Origin: Kiloniellaceae bacterium
GTDB lineage: Bacteria; Pseudomonadota; Alphaproteobacteria; Kiloniellales; J153
NCBI GenBank assembly: GCA_021776135.1
Contig: JAJFGL010000016.1
Coordinates: forward strand, 30,922-94,921
Length of the DNA: 64,000 bases
Direction of reading: 5' to 3'
Shown here: one piece after another, positions 18,384 to 27,816 of the stretch
Layout of the letters: the number at the start of each line of letters is the position of its first letter
How positions within the stretch are numbered: position 1 is the first letter of the stretch
Translations under genes and position numbers: made by a program
The notes under the pieces: model-generated
Told to the model about the DNA's origin: nothing
Database searches by the model: none
Seen by the model: the letters and a program-made list of their open reading frames with translations, nothing else

Positions 18384-21300
18384 GCGCCGTCCTCCGGACC
18401 GTAACCGCCGCCGCCCGGTGTCTCGATGACGAAAACATCGCCCGGATTCATCTCGGTCGAATCGGTGCCGGACAACTCGCTTCGCTCCCCGGTGGCACGC
18501 TCCACCCAGTTGCGGCCCAGGGCGCCCGGTTCGCCGCCATCGAGCCCAAAGGGCGCGACCTTGCGGTGGCTCGATAGAATCGCCGCGGTCATGGCCTCAC
18601 GGAAGCGGATGCGGCGGCGCGCCCCATCGCCGCCGCGATGCCGCCCGGCCCCGCCGGAGCCGCGGCGGATCTCGAAGGATTCCACCTCGACCGGGAAGCG
18701 CCACTCCAGAACTTCCGGGTCGGTCAGGCGTGAATTGGTCATGTGCGTGTGCACCGCGTCGGTGCCGTCAAAGTCCGGCCCGGCGCCGGAGCCGCCGCAA
18801 ATCGTCTCGTAGTACTGATAGGTGTCGTTGCCGAAGGTGAAGTTGTTCATGGTGCCCTGGGCCCCGGCCATGACGCCGAGCGCGCCGTAGAGGGTATCGA
18901 CGATGACCTGGCTGGTTTCCACATTGCCCGCCACAACCGCCGCCGGATAACTCGGATTGAGCATACAGCCTTCCGGGATAATGAGATCGAGTGGCTTTAG
19001 GACGCCCTCGTTCATGGGAATCTCCTCGTCGATCAAGGTCCGGAACACGTAGAGCACGGCGGCACGGCACACGGCGGAGGGGGCGTTGAAGTTGTTGGGC
19101 TGCTGGGCGCTGGTGCCGGTGAAATCGATCCGCGCCCGGCGCGCCGCGCGGTCGATGGTAATGGCAACCTTGATTTGCGAACCCTGGTCCATGAGGTACG
19201 TAAATGTGCCGTCCCGCAAGCGTCCGAGGACGCGGCGCACCTGTTCCTCCGCGTTGTCCTGAACATGGCTCATATAGGCGTGAACCACTTCGAGACTGTA
19301 ATGGTCGATCATGCGGCGCAATTCGCGCACCCCCATGGCGTTGGCGGCGATTTGCGCCTTGAGATCGGCGATATTTTGATCGGCGTTGCGCGCCGGATAG
19401 GGCCCGGAACTCAAGAGATCGCGGACTTCCGTTTCCAGAAACCGGCCGCACTCGACCAAGGTCACGTTGTCGATCAGGATCCCTTCTTCCTCAACCGTGC
19501 GGCTATCGGGCGGCATGGATCCGGGGGTGATACCACCGATATCGGCGTGGTGGCCCCGGCTGCCGACGAAAAACAAAACCTCCGCGCCGGCGGCATCGAA
19601 GACCGGGGTGATAACGGTGATGTCGGGCAGGTGCGTGCCGCCGTTGTAGGGCGCGTTCAACATGTAAACGTCGTCCGGCGCCATGGTATCGCCGCGGGCC
19701 TGGATGATCGCGCGCACGGAATCGCTCATGGATCCCAGATGCACCGGCATGTGCGGGGCGTTGGCGACCAGATCGCCCTGGGGATTGAACAGGGCGCAAG
19801 AGAAATCCAAACGCTCCTTGATATTGACCGAATAGGCGGTGTTTTCCAGGGTCGAGCCCATCTGCTCGGCGATCGACATAAAGAGATTGTTGAACACCTC
19901 CAGCATCACCGGATCGACCCGGGTGCCGACGGCGGCGTTACGCTCGAGCGGCACCACGCGCTCGAGCACCAGATGATCGCGCCGGGTCAGGCGTGCTTGC
20001 CATCCCGGCTCCAGCACCGTGGTTGAAATCGGCTCGATAACTATGGCCGGGCCGTCGATGATATCGTCCGGCGAAAGATTTTCGCGCAAGTAAACCGGCG
20101 TGTCGGTCCAGGCGCCGGCGCAATACATGCGCGTTACCGTGGCCGCTTCCGGGGCGCCGCCGCCCGGCCCCGCGTCAAGCACCGGATCCTCGACGGATTC
20201 GGTTTGCCCCACCGCCTCGACCGAGAGAGCCTCGACAATGAAGGGCCGTTCCGCCATGACGAAACCGTAACGCTGCCGGTGCGCGGCCTCGAAACGCGCG
20301 GCGATCTCGTCGCGGGTGCCGTGATCGACGACGATCGCCGAATCCGTGCCCTGGTAGCGGAGGTGGACCCGTTTCAGGGTTTCGATGCGCGCCGCCGCGA
20401 TGTCCTGCGCCTCGATTTCCCGGCACCCATCCTTGGCCAGATCGTCGAGAGCATCCTCGATTTCGGCCATGAGCTTGTCGTCGAGAACAGACTCCACCGC
20501 GCGTTCGCGCAGGGCCCGCACATCCGCCAAGCCCATGCCATAGGCCGAAAGAACCCCGGCAAGCGGATGCAGGAATATTTTCGTCATGCCCAGGGTGTCG
20601 GCCATGTCGCAGGCATGTTGCCCACCGGCGCCGCCGAAGCAGCACAGGGTATAGCCGGTCACATCGTAACCGCGCTGGGTCGAGATTTTCTTGATCGCGT
20701 TGGCCATGTTTTCAATCGCGATCATGCGGAAACCTTGCGCGGCATCCTCACGCGCCCGGGTGTCGCCGGTGGCGGTGCCGATTTCTTTCGTGAGGGCGTC
20801 GAACTTTTCCCCGACGATAGCGGCATCCAGGGCCTGATCGGCCTTGGGGCCGAAGACCTTGGGAAAAAATTCGGGTACGATCCGGCCCAGCATGACGTTG
20901 CAATCGGTGACCGTCAGGGGGCCGCCGCGCCGGTAGCAGGCCGGGCCCGGATTGGCGCCGGCGGAATCCGGGCCGACCCGGTATCGCGCGCCGTCGAAAT
21001 GCAGAATCGAACCGCCGCCGGCGGCCACGGTATAGATCCGCATCATGGGCGCGCGCATACGCACCCCCGCGACCAGGGTCTCGAAGGCCCGTTCGTAGTC
21101 GCCGTCGTAGTGAGCGACATCGGTCGAGGTGCCGCCCATGTCGAAGGTAACGATATTTTCGAACCCGGCCATGGCCGAGGTGCGCACCGCGCCGACAATG
21201 CCGCCGGCGGGACCGGACAGAATCGAATCCTTGCCCTGAAACAGGCGCGCATCGGTCAAGCCGCCGTTCGACTGCATGAACATCAGCCGGGTATCGCCAA

Positions 21301-21979
21301 GCTGCGAGGCGACCCGGTCGACATAGCGGCGCAGGATCGGCGAAAGGTAAGCATCGACAACCGTGGTATCGCCGCGCGAGACCAGTTTCATCAGCGGGCT
21401 GACTTCGTGACTGACGGAGATTTGCGTGAAGCCTATGGCGCGCGCCACCTCGGCTATTGTCTTTTCGTGATCGGAAAAGCGGTAACCGTGCATGAGGACG
21501 ATGGCCAGGGAGCGCAAGCCCCGGTCGAATCCCGCCTGCAAATCCACCCGCGCCTTGTCCGCGTCCAAAGCGAGCAGAATATCGCCCTCGGGGCCTACAC
21601 GTTCGCCAATCTCCACCGTGGCGCTATAAAGCAGTTCCGGCAGCTCGATATGACGGGCGAAAATGTTTGGGCGGTTCTGATAGGCGATGCGCAGCGCATC
21701 GCGGAACCCCCGGGTGATGGCGAGCAGGGTCGGCGCGCCCTTGCGCTCCAACAGGGCGTTGGTGGCTACCGTCGTTCCCATCTTGACGGCGCGGATCGCC
21801 GCCGCCGGTATTTCGGCGCCCGCCGGGATGTCCAGCAAAGTGCGGATGCCATGCAGGGCGGCGTCCGGATACTGCTCGGGGTTTTCCGACAACAGCTTGC
21901 GCGATACCAGCGACCCGTCCGGCCGCTGCGCGACAACATCCGTGAAAGTGCCGCCCCGGTCGATCCAAAATTGCCACAC
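18380..21979 (-). CDS. Fused hydantoinase A/B family enzyme, 5-oxoprolinase (ATP-hydrolysing)-like
   Basis: 1199 aa. N-terminal HyuA-type [15 protein letters not shown] and DMGGTSTDV; C-terminal HyuB-type region (GGGYG near the end). Confidence 0.9.
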   Translation of the reverse strand: MWQFWIDRGGTFTDVVAQRPDGSLVSRKLLSENPEQYPDAALHGIRTLLDIPAGAEIPAAAIRAVKMGTTVATNALLERKGAPTLLAITRGFRDALRIAYQNRPNIFARHIELPELLYSATVEIGERVGPEGDILLALDADKARVDLQAGFDRGLRSLAIVLMHGYRFSDHEKTIAEVARAIGFTQISVSHEVSPLMKLVSRGDTTVVDAYLSPILRRYVDRVASQLGDTRLMFMQSNGGLTDARLFQGKDSILSGPAGGIVGAVRTSAMAGFENIVTFDMGGTSTDVAHYDGDYERAFETLVAGVRMRAPMMRIYTVAAGGGSILHFDGARYRVGPDSAGANPGPACYRRGGPLTVTDCNVMLGRIVPEFFPKVFGPKADQALDAAIVGEKFDALTKEIGTATGDTRAREDAAQGFRMIAIENMANAIKKISTQRGYDVTGYTLCCFGGAGGQHACDMADTLGMTKIFLHPLAGVLSAYGMGLADVRALRERAVESVLDDKLMAEIEDALDDLAKDGCREIEAQDIAAARIETLKRVHLRYQGTDSAIVVDHGTRDEIAARFEAAHRQRYGFVMAERPFIVEALSVEAVGQTESVEDPVLDAGPGGGAPEAATVTRMYCAGAWTDTPVYLRENLSPDDIIDGPAIVIEPISTTVLEPGWQARLTRRDHLVLERVVPLERNAAVGTRVDPVMLEVFNNLFMSIAEQMGSTLENTAYSVNIKERLDFSCALFNPQGDLVANAPHMPVHLGSMSDSVRAIIQARGDTMAPDDVYMLNAPYNGGTHLPDITVITPVFDAAGAEVLFFVGSRGHHADIGGITPGSMPPDSRTVEEEGILIDNVTLVECGRFLETEVRDLLSSGPYPARNADQNIADLKAQIAANAMGVRELRRMIDHYSLEVVHAYMSHVQDNAEEQVRRVLGRLRDGTFTYLMDQGSQIKVAITIDRAARRARIDFTGTSAQQPNNFNAPSAVCRAAVLYVFRTLIDEEIPMNEGVLKPLDLIIPEGCMLNPSYPAAVVAGNVETSQVIVDTLYGALGVMAGAQGTMNNFTFGNDTYQYYETICGGSGAGPDFDGTDAVHTHMTNSRLTDPEVLEWRFPVEVESFEIRRGSGGAGRHRGGDGARRRIRFREAMTAAILSSHRKVAPFGLDGGEPGALGRNWVERATGERSELSGTDSTEMNPGDVFVIETPGGGGYGPEDGA

Positions 21980-22011
21980 GATCCCTGCCTCCTCAGCTTA
22001 TTTCCTACATT

Positions 22012-22043
22012 ATATTGATAATTTATCGATATAATGTCAATAT
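22012..22043. promoter_or_regulatory. 32-bp imperfect palindrome in the divergent promoter region (candidate operator)
   Basis: ATATTGA...TATCGATA...TCAATAT, with 13 of 16 positions pairing. Located 33 nt upstream of the oxoprolinase start. Confidence 0.35.
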
Positions 22044-22108
22044 CAGAATGCCTAGATAAGCTGCGCGGGTGCCTATTCCGCGCACCTTGGCCGTGCTAAC
22101 ATGGCGCG

Positions 22109-22855
22109 ATGTTGAGGTTTTTCTTGCTACTCATTCCGGTTCTGCTCGCGGGCCCTTTCTTGGCCGCCGCCAGCGGCCTCGCCAGGGTCGATGGGGATTG
22201 GAGCACCGCCAGCCGCGAAAGCGCCGGACTCGCGCCCGACCCCGCCGAGGCCGCCGAACCTATCGTGCAAGTCTATGGCGCCCGCACTTTCGGCTGGCGG
22301 GGCGCCTTCGCGGTCCATACCTGGATCGCGGCCAAGCGCGCGGGCGCGCCCAGTTTCACGACCTATCAGGTCACCGGCTGGCGCTACTGGCATGGCGCAT
22401 CGCCCCTGTCGGTGAGCGCGGGCCCGCCGGATCGCAAGTGGTTCGGCGCCACCCCGGAGATATACGCCGACTTACGCGGACCGGAGGTCGAGCACCTCAT
22501 CGACAAGATCGAGGCCGCCGTGGCCGCCTATCCCTTCAAGGATAGCTACCGGACCTGGCCCGGCCCCAATTCCAACACCTTCACCGCCACCATCGCCCGC
22601 GCGGTGCCGGAACTCGGCCTCGCCCTGCCGCCGACAGCGATCGGCAAGGATTACCTTGGGACCGCCACCTTCGCGGCCCCGGCCCCCAGCGGCACCGGGT
22701 ATCAAGTTTCCATTCTCGGCGTTCTCGGCCTCATGGCCGGCATCGAGGAAGGCCTGGAGATAAACATCCTGGGCTTGAGTTTCGGTCTCGACCCTCTCGG
22801 CCTCGCCGTGAAGCTGCCGGGTATCGGCCGCCTTGGCATGGAGCGCGCGCCTTAA
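22109..22855 (+). CDS. Secreted protein, DUF3750-like
   Basis: Signal peptide MLRFFLLLIPVLLAGPFLAAA. The conserved-looking core AFAVHTWIAAK...YQVTGWR...WPGPNSNTF is recalled from the DUF3750 family and was not verified. Confidence 0.5.
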   Translation: MLRFFLLLIPVLLAGPFLAAASGLARVDGDWSTASRESAGLAPDPAEAAEPIVQVYGARTFGWRGAFAVHTWIAAKRAGAPSFTTYQVTGWRYWHGASPLSVSAGPPDRKWFGATPEIYADLRGPEVEHLIDKIEAAVAAYPFKDSYRTWPGPNSNTFTATIARAVPELGLALPPTAIGKDYLGTATFAAPAPSGTGYQVSILGVLGLMAGIEEGLEINILGLSFGLDPLGLAVKLPGIGRLGMERAP

Positions 22856-22934
22856 TTAGCCGCCGCTTGCCCGCACCTTCGGCCCGTGAAATAAGAACCA
22901 TGGCCCTTGTGCCTGGGAGTATCGGTTCAAAATC

Positions 22935-23663
22935 ATGAGCGTTTGGGGAAAAATTCTTGGCGGCGCCGCCGGTTTCGCGCTTGGCGGACCGCTTGGGGCC
23001 ATGATCGGTGCGGTCGCGGGACACGCGGTCGATAAAATGCGCGCGCCGCAACAAGAAGGCGGCGAAAACGACGCGACCAAGAAAATCGCCTTCACCATCG
23101 CCGTGGTCGTGCTCGGTGCCAAGATGGCCAAGGCCGACGGCAAGGTCACCCCCGACGAGGTCAGCGCCTTCAAGGAAGTCTTCCGGGTTTCGCCCGAGGA
23201 AATGAAGAACGTCGGCCGCCTGTTCAACAAGGCGCGCAGCGATGCTTCCGGTTTCGAACCCTATGCCTGGCAGATCGGGCGCATGTTCAAGAACAATCCG
23301 GCGGTCCTGGTTGAGTTACTGGACGGCCTGTTCCACATCGCCCGCGCCGACGGTGAGGTGACCGGCGACGAACTGACCTTTCTGGAACAAGTCGCCAAGA
23401 TCTTCGGGATCGAGGGCGCCGAATGGGACCGCACCCGGGCCGCCAACCTGGGACCGGACAAGTCCGACCCTCACGTCATCCTGGGCGTGGCGCGGGGCGC
23501 GGCCGACGACGAGATCAAGTCGGCGTACCGGAAGCTGGTGCGCGAGAACCATCCCGACCGCCTGGTCGCCCAAGGCATGCCGCAAGAATTCGTCGATCTG
23601 GCCAATGAGCGCCTGGCCACGATCAACGCCGCGTATGAGAAGGTCCGCCCGCGGCGCAATTAG
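22935..23663 (+). CDS. djlA: DnaJ-like co-chaperone DjlA
   Basis: N-terminal Gly-rich TM segment, a TerB-like middle, and a C-terminal J domain (ILGV...[17 protein letters not shown]). Confidence 0.8.
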   Translation: MSVWGKILGGAAGFALGGPLGAMIGAVAGHAVDKMRAPQQEGGENDATKKIAFTIAVVVLGAKMAKADGKVTPDEVSAFKEVFRVSPEEMKNVGRLFNKARSDASGFEPYAWQIGRMFKNNPAVLVELLDGLFHIARADGEVTGDELTFLEQVAKIFGIEGAEWDRTRAANLGPDKSDPHVILGVARGAADDEIKSAYRKLVRENHPDRLVAQGMPQEFVDLANERLATINAAYEKVRPRRN

Positions 23664-24553
23664 TGAGTCCCATGCCGCTCCGCCCCCTTCATTTAGCCGC
23701 CTTGGTGTTCATCACCTTTCTGTGGGGCATGAACTTCGCCGCCGCGAAGATCGGCTTGGCGCAGATGCCGCCGCTCATGATGGTGGCTCTGCGCTGGGGC
23801 CTGGTCGGGCTGTTGCTGGCGCCCTTCGTATCGGCGCCGCGCGGTCAGTGGCGGCAAGTTATTCTGGTTTCCTTCACTCTGGGTTTTTTGCACTTCTCCC
23901 TGATGTTTTGGAGCTTGCAATATATCGAGGCGGCGACCGCCGCCATCGCCATTCAATTGCAGGTGCCTTTCGCCGCCTTGCTGGCCGCGGTTATCTTCAA
24001 GGACACCTTGGGCTGGCGGCGGGGCTTGGGCATGACGGTCGCCTTCGCCGGGGTCGCGGTCATCGCCGGCGAACCCAAACTCGACGGCCAGTACCTTGCC
24101 CTGGCGATTATCATCGTATCGGCCTGCATCTGGTCGGTCGCCAATATGCAAATTAAACTCATGGGCGATATAAACGGCCTGACCTTGAATGCGTGGATCG
24201 GGATATTCGCGGCGCCGCAGTTGGCTCTGGGATCATGGATTCTGGAAGACGGGCAGATGGCGGCCCTGACGGCGGCCGATTGGCGGGCCTATGCCTCGAT
24301 ACTGTATCAAGCTGTGCCGGTGGTGATCTTCGGCTACGGGCTTTGGTTTCATTTTCTGCGCCGTTATGAGGTCAACCAGATCATGCCCTTTATCCTCCTG
24401 GTTCCCCCCTTCGGCGTCCTCTCCGGTATCCTGCTGCTGGGGGAAAGCGTATCGCCGGTCTTTATCGGGGGCGCCTTGCTCACCGTGCTCGGGGTCGGAA
24501 TCATCATCCTGCGGCGGCCGAAACTCGTCGCCGCGCAAGCGAACCGCCAGTGA
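23663..24553 (+). CDS. EamA/DMT-family transporter
   Basis: About ten hydrophobic segments in two EamA-like halves. The start is GTG 23663 or ATG 23672. Confidence 0.75.
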   Translation: MSPMPLRPLHLAALVFITFLWGMNFAAAKIGLAQMPPLMMVALRWGLVGLLLAPFVSAPRGQWRQVILVSFTLGFLHFSLMFWSLQYIEAATAAIAIQLQVPFAALLAAVIFKDTLGWRRGLGMTVAFAGVAVIAGEPKLDGQYLALAIIIVSACIWSVANMQIKLMGDINGLTLNAWIGIFAAPQLALGSWILEDGQMAALTAADWRAYASILYQAVPVVIFGYGLWFHFLRRYEVNQIMPFILLVPPFGVLSGILLLGESVSPVFIGGALLTVLGVGIIILRRPKLVAAQANRQ

Positions 24554-25233
24554 CCATGGCGCCGCGCGACCGCCCCTCGCCCAACTTCGATGCCCGCCCG
24601 GCCGGGCAAGCGGTCGATATGCTGCTGCTGCATTACACCGGCATGGAAAGCGAAGAGGCCGCCTTGGCGCGCTTGTGCGACCCGGCGGCCAAGGTCAGCG
24701 CGCACTATTGCATCGGCGAGGACGGCGGCGTGACACGCCTGGTGGACGAGGCGGCGCGCGCCTGGCACGCCGGCGCCGGCCTCTGGGCGGGGGCGAGCGA
24801 TATCAACGCCCGTTCCATCGGCATCGAGCTGGTCAATCCGGGTCATGAATTCGGCTACCGCGCTTTTCCCCAAGACCAGATCGCGGCCCTGATCGTCCTG
24901 GCCCAGGATATCCTGAGCCGTCACCCCATTCCGGCGGCGCGCGTCCTGGGTCATGCCGACGTGGCCCCCTTGCGCAAGCAAGACCCCGGCGAACTGTTCC
25001 CCTGGGCGCGGCTGGCGGCGGCGGGCATAGGGCTGTGGCCGGAAGCCCCGCCAGAAGCGCCGGTTCCCGAAGCGGCCGCGATAAAGCACCGCCTGGCCGC
25101 CTTCGGCTATGGCTATCTGGAAGAAGACTTCGAGGCCGTGGTCCGCGCCTTTCAGCGCCATTTCCAGCCCCGAAACGTGACCGGTATCGCCGATGCCCGA
25201 ACCGCGGCGATCCTTCAGACGCTCCCCGATTGA
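24550..25233 (+). CDS. N-acetylmuramoyl-L-alanine amidase (AmpD-like, Amidase_2) with C-terminal peptidoglycan-binding repeat
   Basis: LLLHYTGM, AHYCIGEDG, AWHAG, IGIELVN, GHADVAP.RK.DPG. The start is GTG 24550 (overlapping the EamA stop) or ATG 24556. Confidence 0.85.
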   Translation: MTMAPRDRPSPNFDARPAGQAVDMLLLHYTGMESEEAALARLCDPAAKVSAHYCIGEDGGVTRLVDEAARAWHAGAGLWAGASDINARSIGIELVNPGHEFGYRAFPQDQIAALIVLAQDILSRHPIPAARVLGHADVAPLRKQDPGELFPWARLAAAGIGLWPEAPPEAPVPEAAAIKHRLAAFGYGYLEEDFEAVVRAFQRHFQPRNVTGIADARTAAILQTLPD

Positions 25234-25262
25234 CGGCGCCCGCCGCGGACCTTAAGTAAAAG

Positions 25263-25671
<409 letters not shown>

Positions 25672-25876
25672 TTTATCCCACTGATATAGAAGATTTTTCT
25701 ACCGCCCACCGCGTGCCGTAGCCGGTTTGCCGCCGACGCGCGCCACAGAAATGACACTCGCGCTCCACAATAAGAACATTACAAGAACAAAGTTATGGCG
25801 CAATCAACATAGAGACTTATTGTGCCTAGTAAGCGCAAATCTGGTAGCTGGCCCCTCTCTCTACATTGAGGCGCCA

Positions 25877-25915
25877 TTAATCGCTTCTTAATCATCTAAG
25901 GATTACTTGTAATCC
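25877..25915 (+). promoter_or_regulatory. CtrA-box-like TTAA-N7-TTAA plus GGATTAC-TT-GTAATCC palindrome upstream of mraZ
   Basis: TTAA 25877-25880, N7, TTAA 25888-25891, followed by T. The palindrome at 25900-25915 has 7-bp arms. Located about 135-170 nt upstream of mraZ. Confidence 0.3.
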
Positions 25916-26048
25916 CATTGACTCCCTGTATTACCCAAGCTATACCATTGTGTCCCAAAAAAGGGACGGTTAACGGCCAGATTAGCCGGCGCGGGCGGAA
26001 TTCGGGGGCAATACCCGGCGGCGCATCTTGTGGGAGAGGCAAGTGACG

Positions 26049-26510
26049 ATGTTCATCGGCACATTCGAGAACAAAATCGACCGCAAGGGTCGAATCTCGG
26101 TGCCGTACTCATTCCGCCAGGCCATCAACACCCAAACTTTCAACGGCATAGTCGCCTTCGCGTCCTACCGGGAAGAGGCGATCGAGGCCAGCAGCTACAG
26201 CTTTCTCGAGCGCATCAACGAAAGCATGGAAACCCTGGACCTGTTTTCCAAGGAACACGACGACCTGGCCACCAGCATTCTCGGCAGCTCCCATACCCTG
26301 AGCTTCGATCCCGAGGGCCGCATCGTCATGCCGCAGGAATTGCGGGACTACGCCGGCATCGCCGACCGCGCCGCCTTTGTCGGCAAGGGCCTCTTGTTTC
26401 AGATTTGGGAACCTAACGCCCTACGCAAACACATGGAAGAGGCACGGGCGCGGGCCAAGGCCGAAGGCCGCAGCTTGTCCCTGCGCCAATCCCCGGCGGC
26501 CATGCCATGA
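26049..26510 (+). CDS. mraZ: Transcriptional regulator MraZ
   Basis: MFIGTFENKIDRKGRISVP plus a second SpoVT-AbrB half (DPEGRIVMP). ATG 26049 follows GGGAGAGG. Confidence 0.9.
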   Translation: MFIGTFENKIDRKGRISVPYSFRQAINTQTFNGIVAFASYREEAIEASSYSFLERINESMETLDLFSKEHDDLATSILGSSHTLSFDPEGRIVMPQELRDYAGIADRAAFVGKGLLFQIWEPNALRKHMEEARARAKAEGRSLSLRQSPAAMP

Positions 26511-27502
26511 CCGGGCACACGCCGGTCATGCTGCACGAAGTCATAGAGGCCCTGGCGCCGCGCGACGGCGCGATTTACCTCGACGGCACATTCGGCGCCG
26601 GCGGCTATGCCCGGGCCATGCTCGAGGCGGCTCAAGTCACGGTTTACGGCATCGACCGGGATCCCGAAGCGGTCGAACGCGCCGCCGCCATGGCGCGCCA
26701 GTACCCTGGCCGCCTGACCGTGATCGCGGGCCGCTTCGGCGCCATGGACCGGCACCTGCACGATCAAGGCATTGAAGCGCTCCAGGGTATCGCCCTGGAC
26801 CTGGGGGTGTCGTCCATGCAGATCGACGAGGCGGACCGCGGCTTTTCGTTCCGCTTCGACGCCGCTCTCGACATGCGTATGGAAGGGCCGGGGCAAGACC
26901 CGGCGCAACCCAGCGCCGCCGACGCGGTCAACGATCTGCCGGAAGCCGAGCTCGCCGATATCATAAATCGTTTGGGCGAGGAACGCCGGGCGCGTCAGGT
27001 CGCGCGCGCCATCGTCGCCGCGCGTAAAAACGCGCGCATCGAAACCACCGCGCAGCTAGCCGATATCGTGCGCGGCGCCGTCGCCCGCGGGGCGCGGGAC
27101 GCGGCGGGGATCGACAATGCGACCCGCACGTTTCAGGCCTTGAGAATTTATGTCAACGACGAGCTGGGCGAGTTGGAACGCGGCTTGAGGGCGGCCGAGC
27201 GTTTGCTGGCCCCCGGCGGCCGCCTCGCGGTGGTCGCGTTTCACAGCTTGGAAGACCGGATCGTGAAGACCTTCCTGCGCCGGCGCAGCGGCGCGCAGCC
27301 GCGCGGGCCCCGCCACCTGCCCGATCTTTCCGACACCGCGCCTCAACCCACCTTCAAGCTTCTGTTCAAGGGTCCTTGCCGGCCCAGCCAGGCGGAGTGC
27401 GATGCGAATCCTCGTGCCCGCTCCGCCCGGCTGCGGGCCGCCGAGCGAACCGGGGCCCCGGCTTGGCCGGCGAACGGCGAGGAGCGGGAATGGGCGGCAT
27501 GA
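26507..27502 (+). CDS. rsmH: 16S rRNA (cytosine1402-N4)-methyltransferase
   Basis: HTPVMLHEV, DGTFGAGGY, DLGVSS.Q.D, SLEDR.VK. ATGA overlap with mraZ. Confidence 0.9.
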   Translation: MTGHTPVMLHEVIEALAPRDGAIYLDGTFGAGGYARAMLEAAQVTVYGIDRDPEAVERAAAMARQYPGRLTVIAGRFGAMDRHLHDQGIEALQGIALDLGVSSMQIDEADRGFSFRFDAALDMRMEGPGQDPAQPSAADAVNDLPEAELADIINRLGEERRARQVARAIVAARKNARIETTAQLADIVRGAVARGARDAAGIDNATRTFQALRIYVNDELGELERGLRAAERLLAPGGRLAVVAFHSLEDRIVKTFLRRRSGAQPRGPRHLPDLSDTAPQPTFKLLFKGPCRPSQAECDANPRARSARLRAAERTGAPAWPANGEEREWAA

Positions 27503-27816
27503 GACGCATGACGGTAACCTTGAGCATCGTCGCGGCCCTGGCCATCGCCATGGGGCTTTTCAACCTCAAGCAAAAAGTCGGCGGTCTGGAAAAGGAGCTG
27601 ACCCAGGTCAAGCGCGACATCGGCAGCCATCGCGAGATGATCCAGATTTTGCGTAGCGAGTGGAGCTTCTTGAACCAGCCCGCACGCCTTGCCGAGCAGG
27701 CCAAGACCATTTTGGGTATGGAGCGCATCCCGCCCAAGCGCTTGATCCGCCTGGAAGACCTGCCGCTTCGCGGGCCCGGCAACGGCATAACGCAAATCGC
27801 GGGGAGCCGCCAATGA
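27490..27816 (+). CDS. ftsL: Cell division protein FtsL
   Basis: Sits between rsmH and ftsI. Single TM (VTLSIVAALAIAMGLF) followed by a coiled coil. The start could be ATG 27490, 27499 or 27508. Confidence 0.7.
   Translation: MGGMRRMTVTLSIVAALAIAMGLFNLKQKVGGLEKELTQVKRDIGSHREMIQILRSEWSFLNQPARLAEQAKTILGMERIPPKRLIRLEDLPLRGPGNGITQIAGSRQ

Noticed and set aside
20204-22018. 604-aa plus-strand ORF opposite the oxoprolinase gene
   Set aside because: Antisense shadow ORF. The minus strand carries clear HyuA/HyuB motifs, and the plus-frame product has no recognisable features.
22017-22035. GATAAT-containing sequence resembling a Fur box
   Set aside because: Only the first hexamer matches the 19-bp Fur consensus, and the rest diverges. 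It is better described as a generic AT-rich palindrome.
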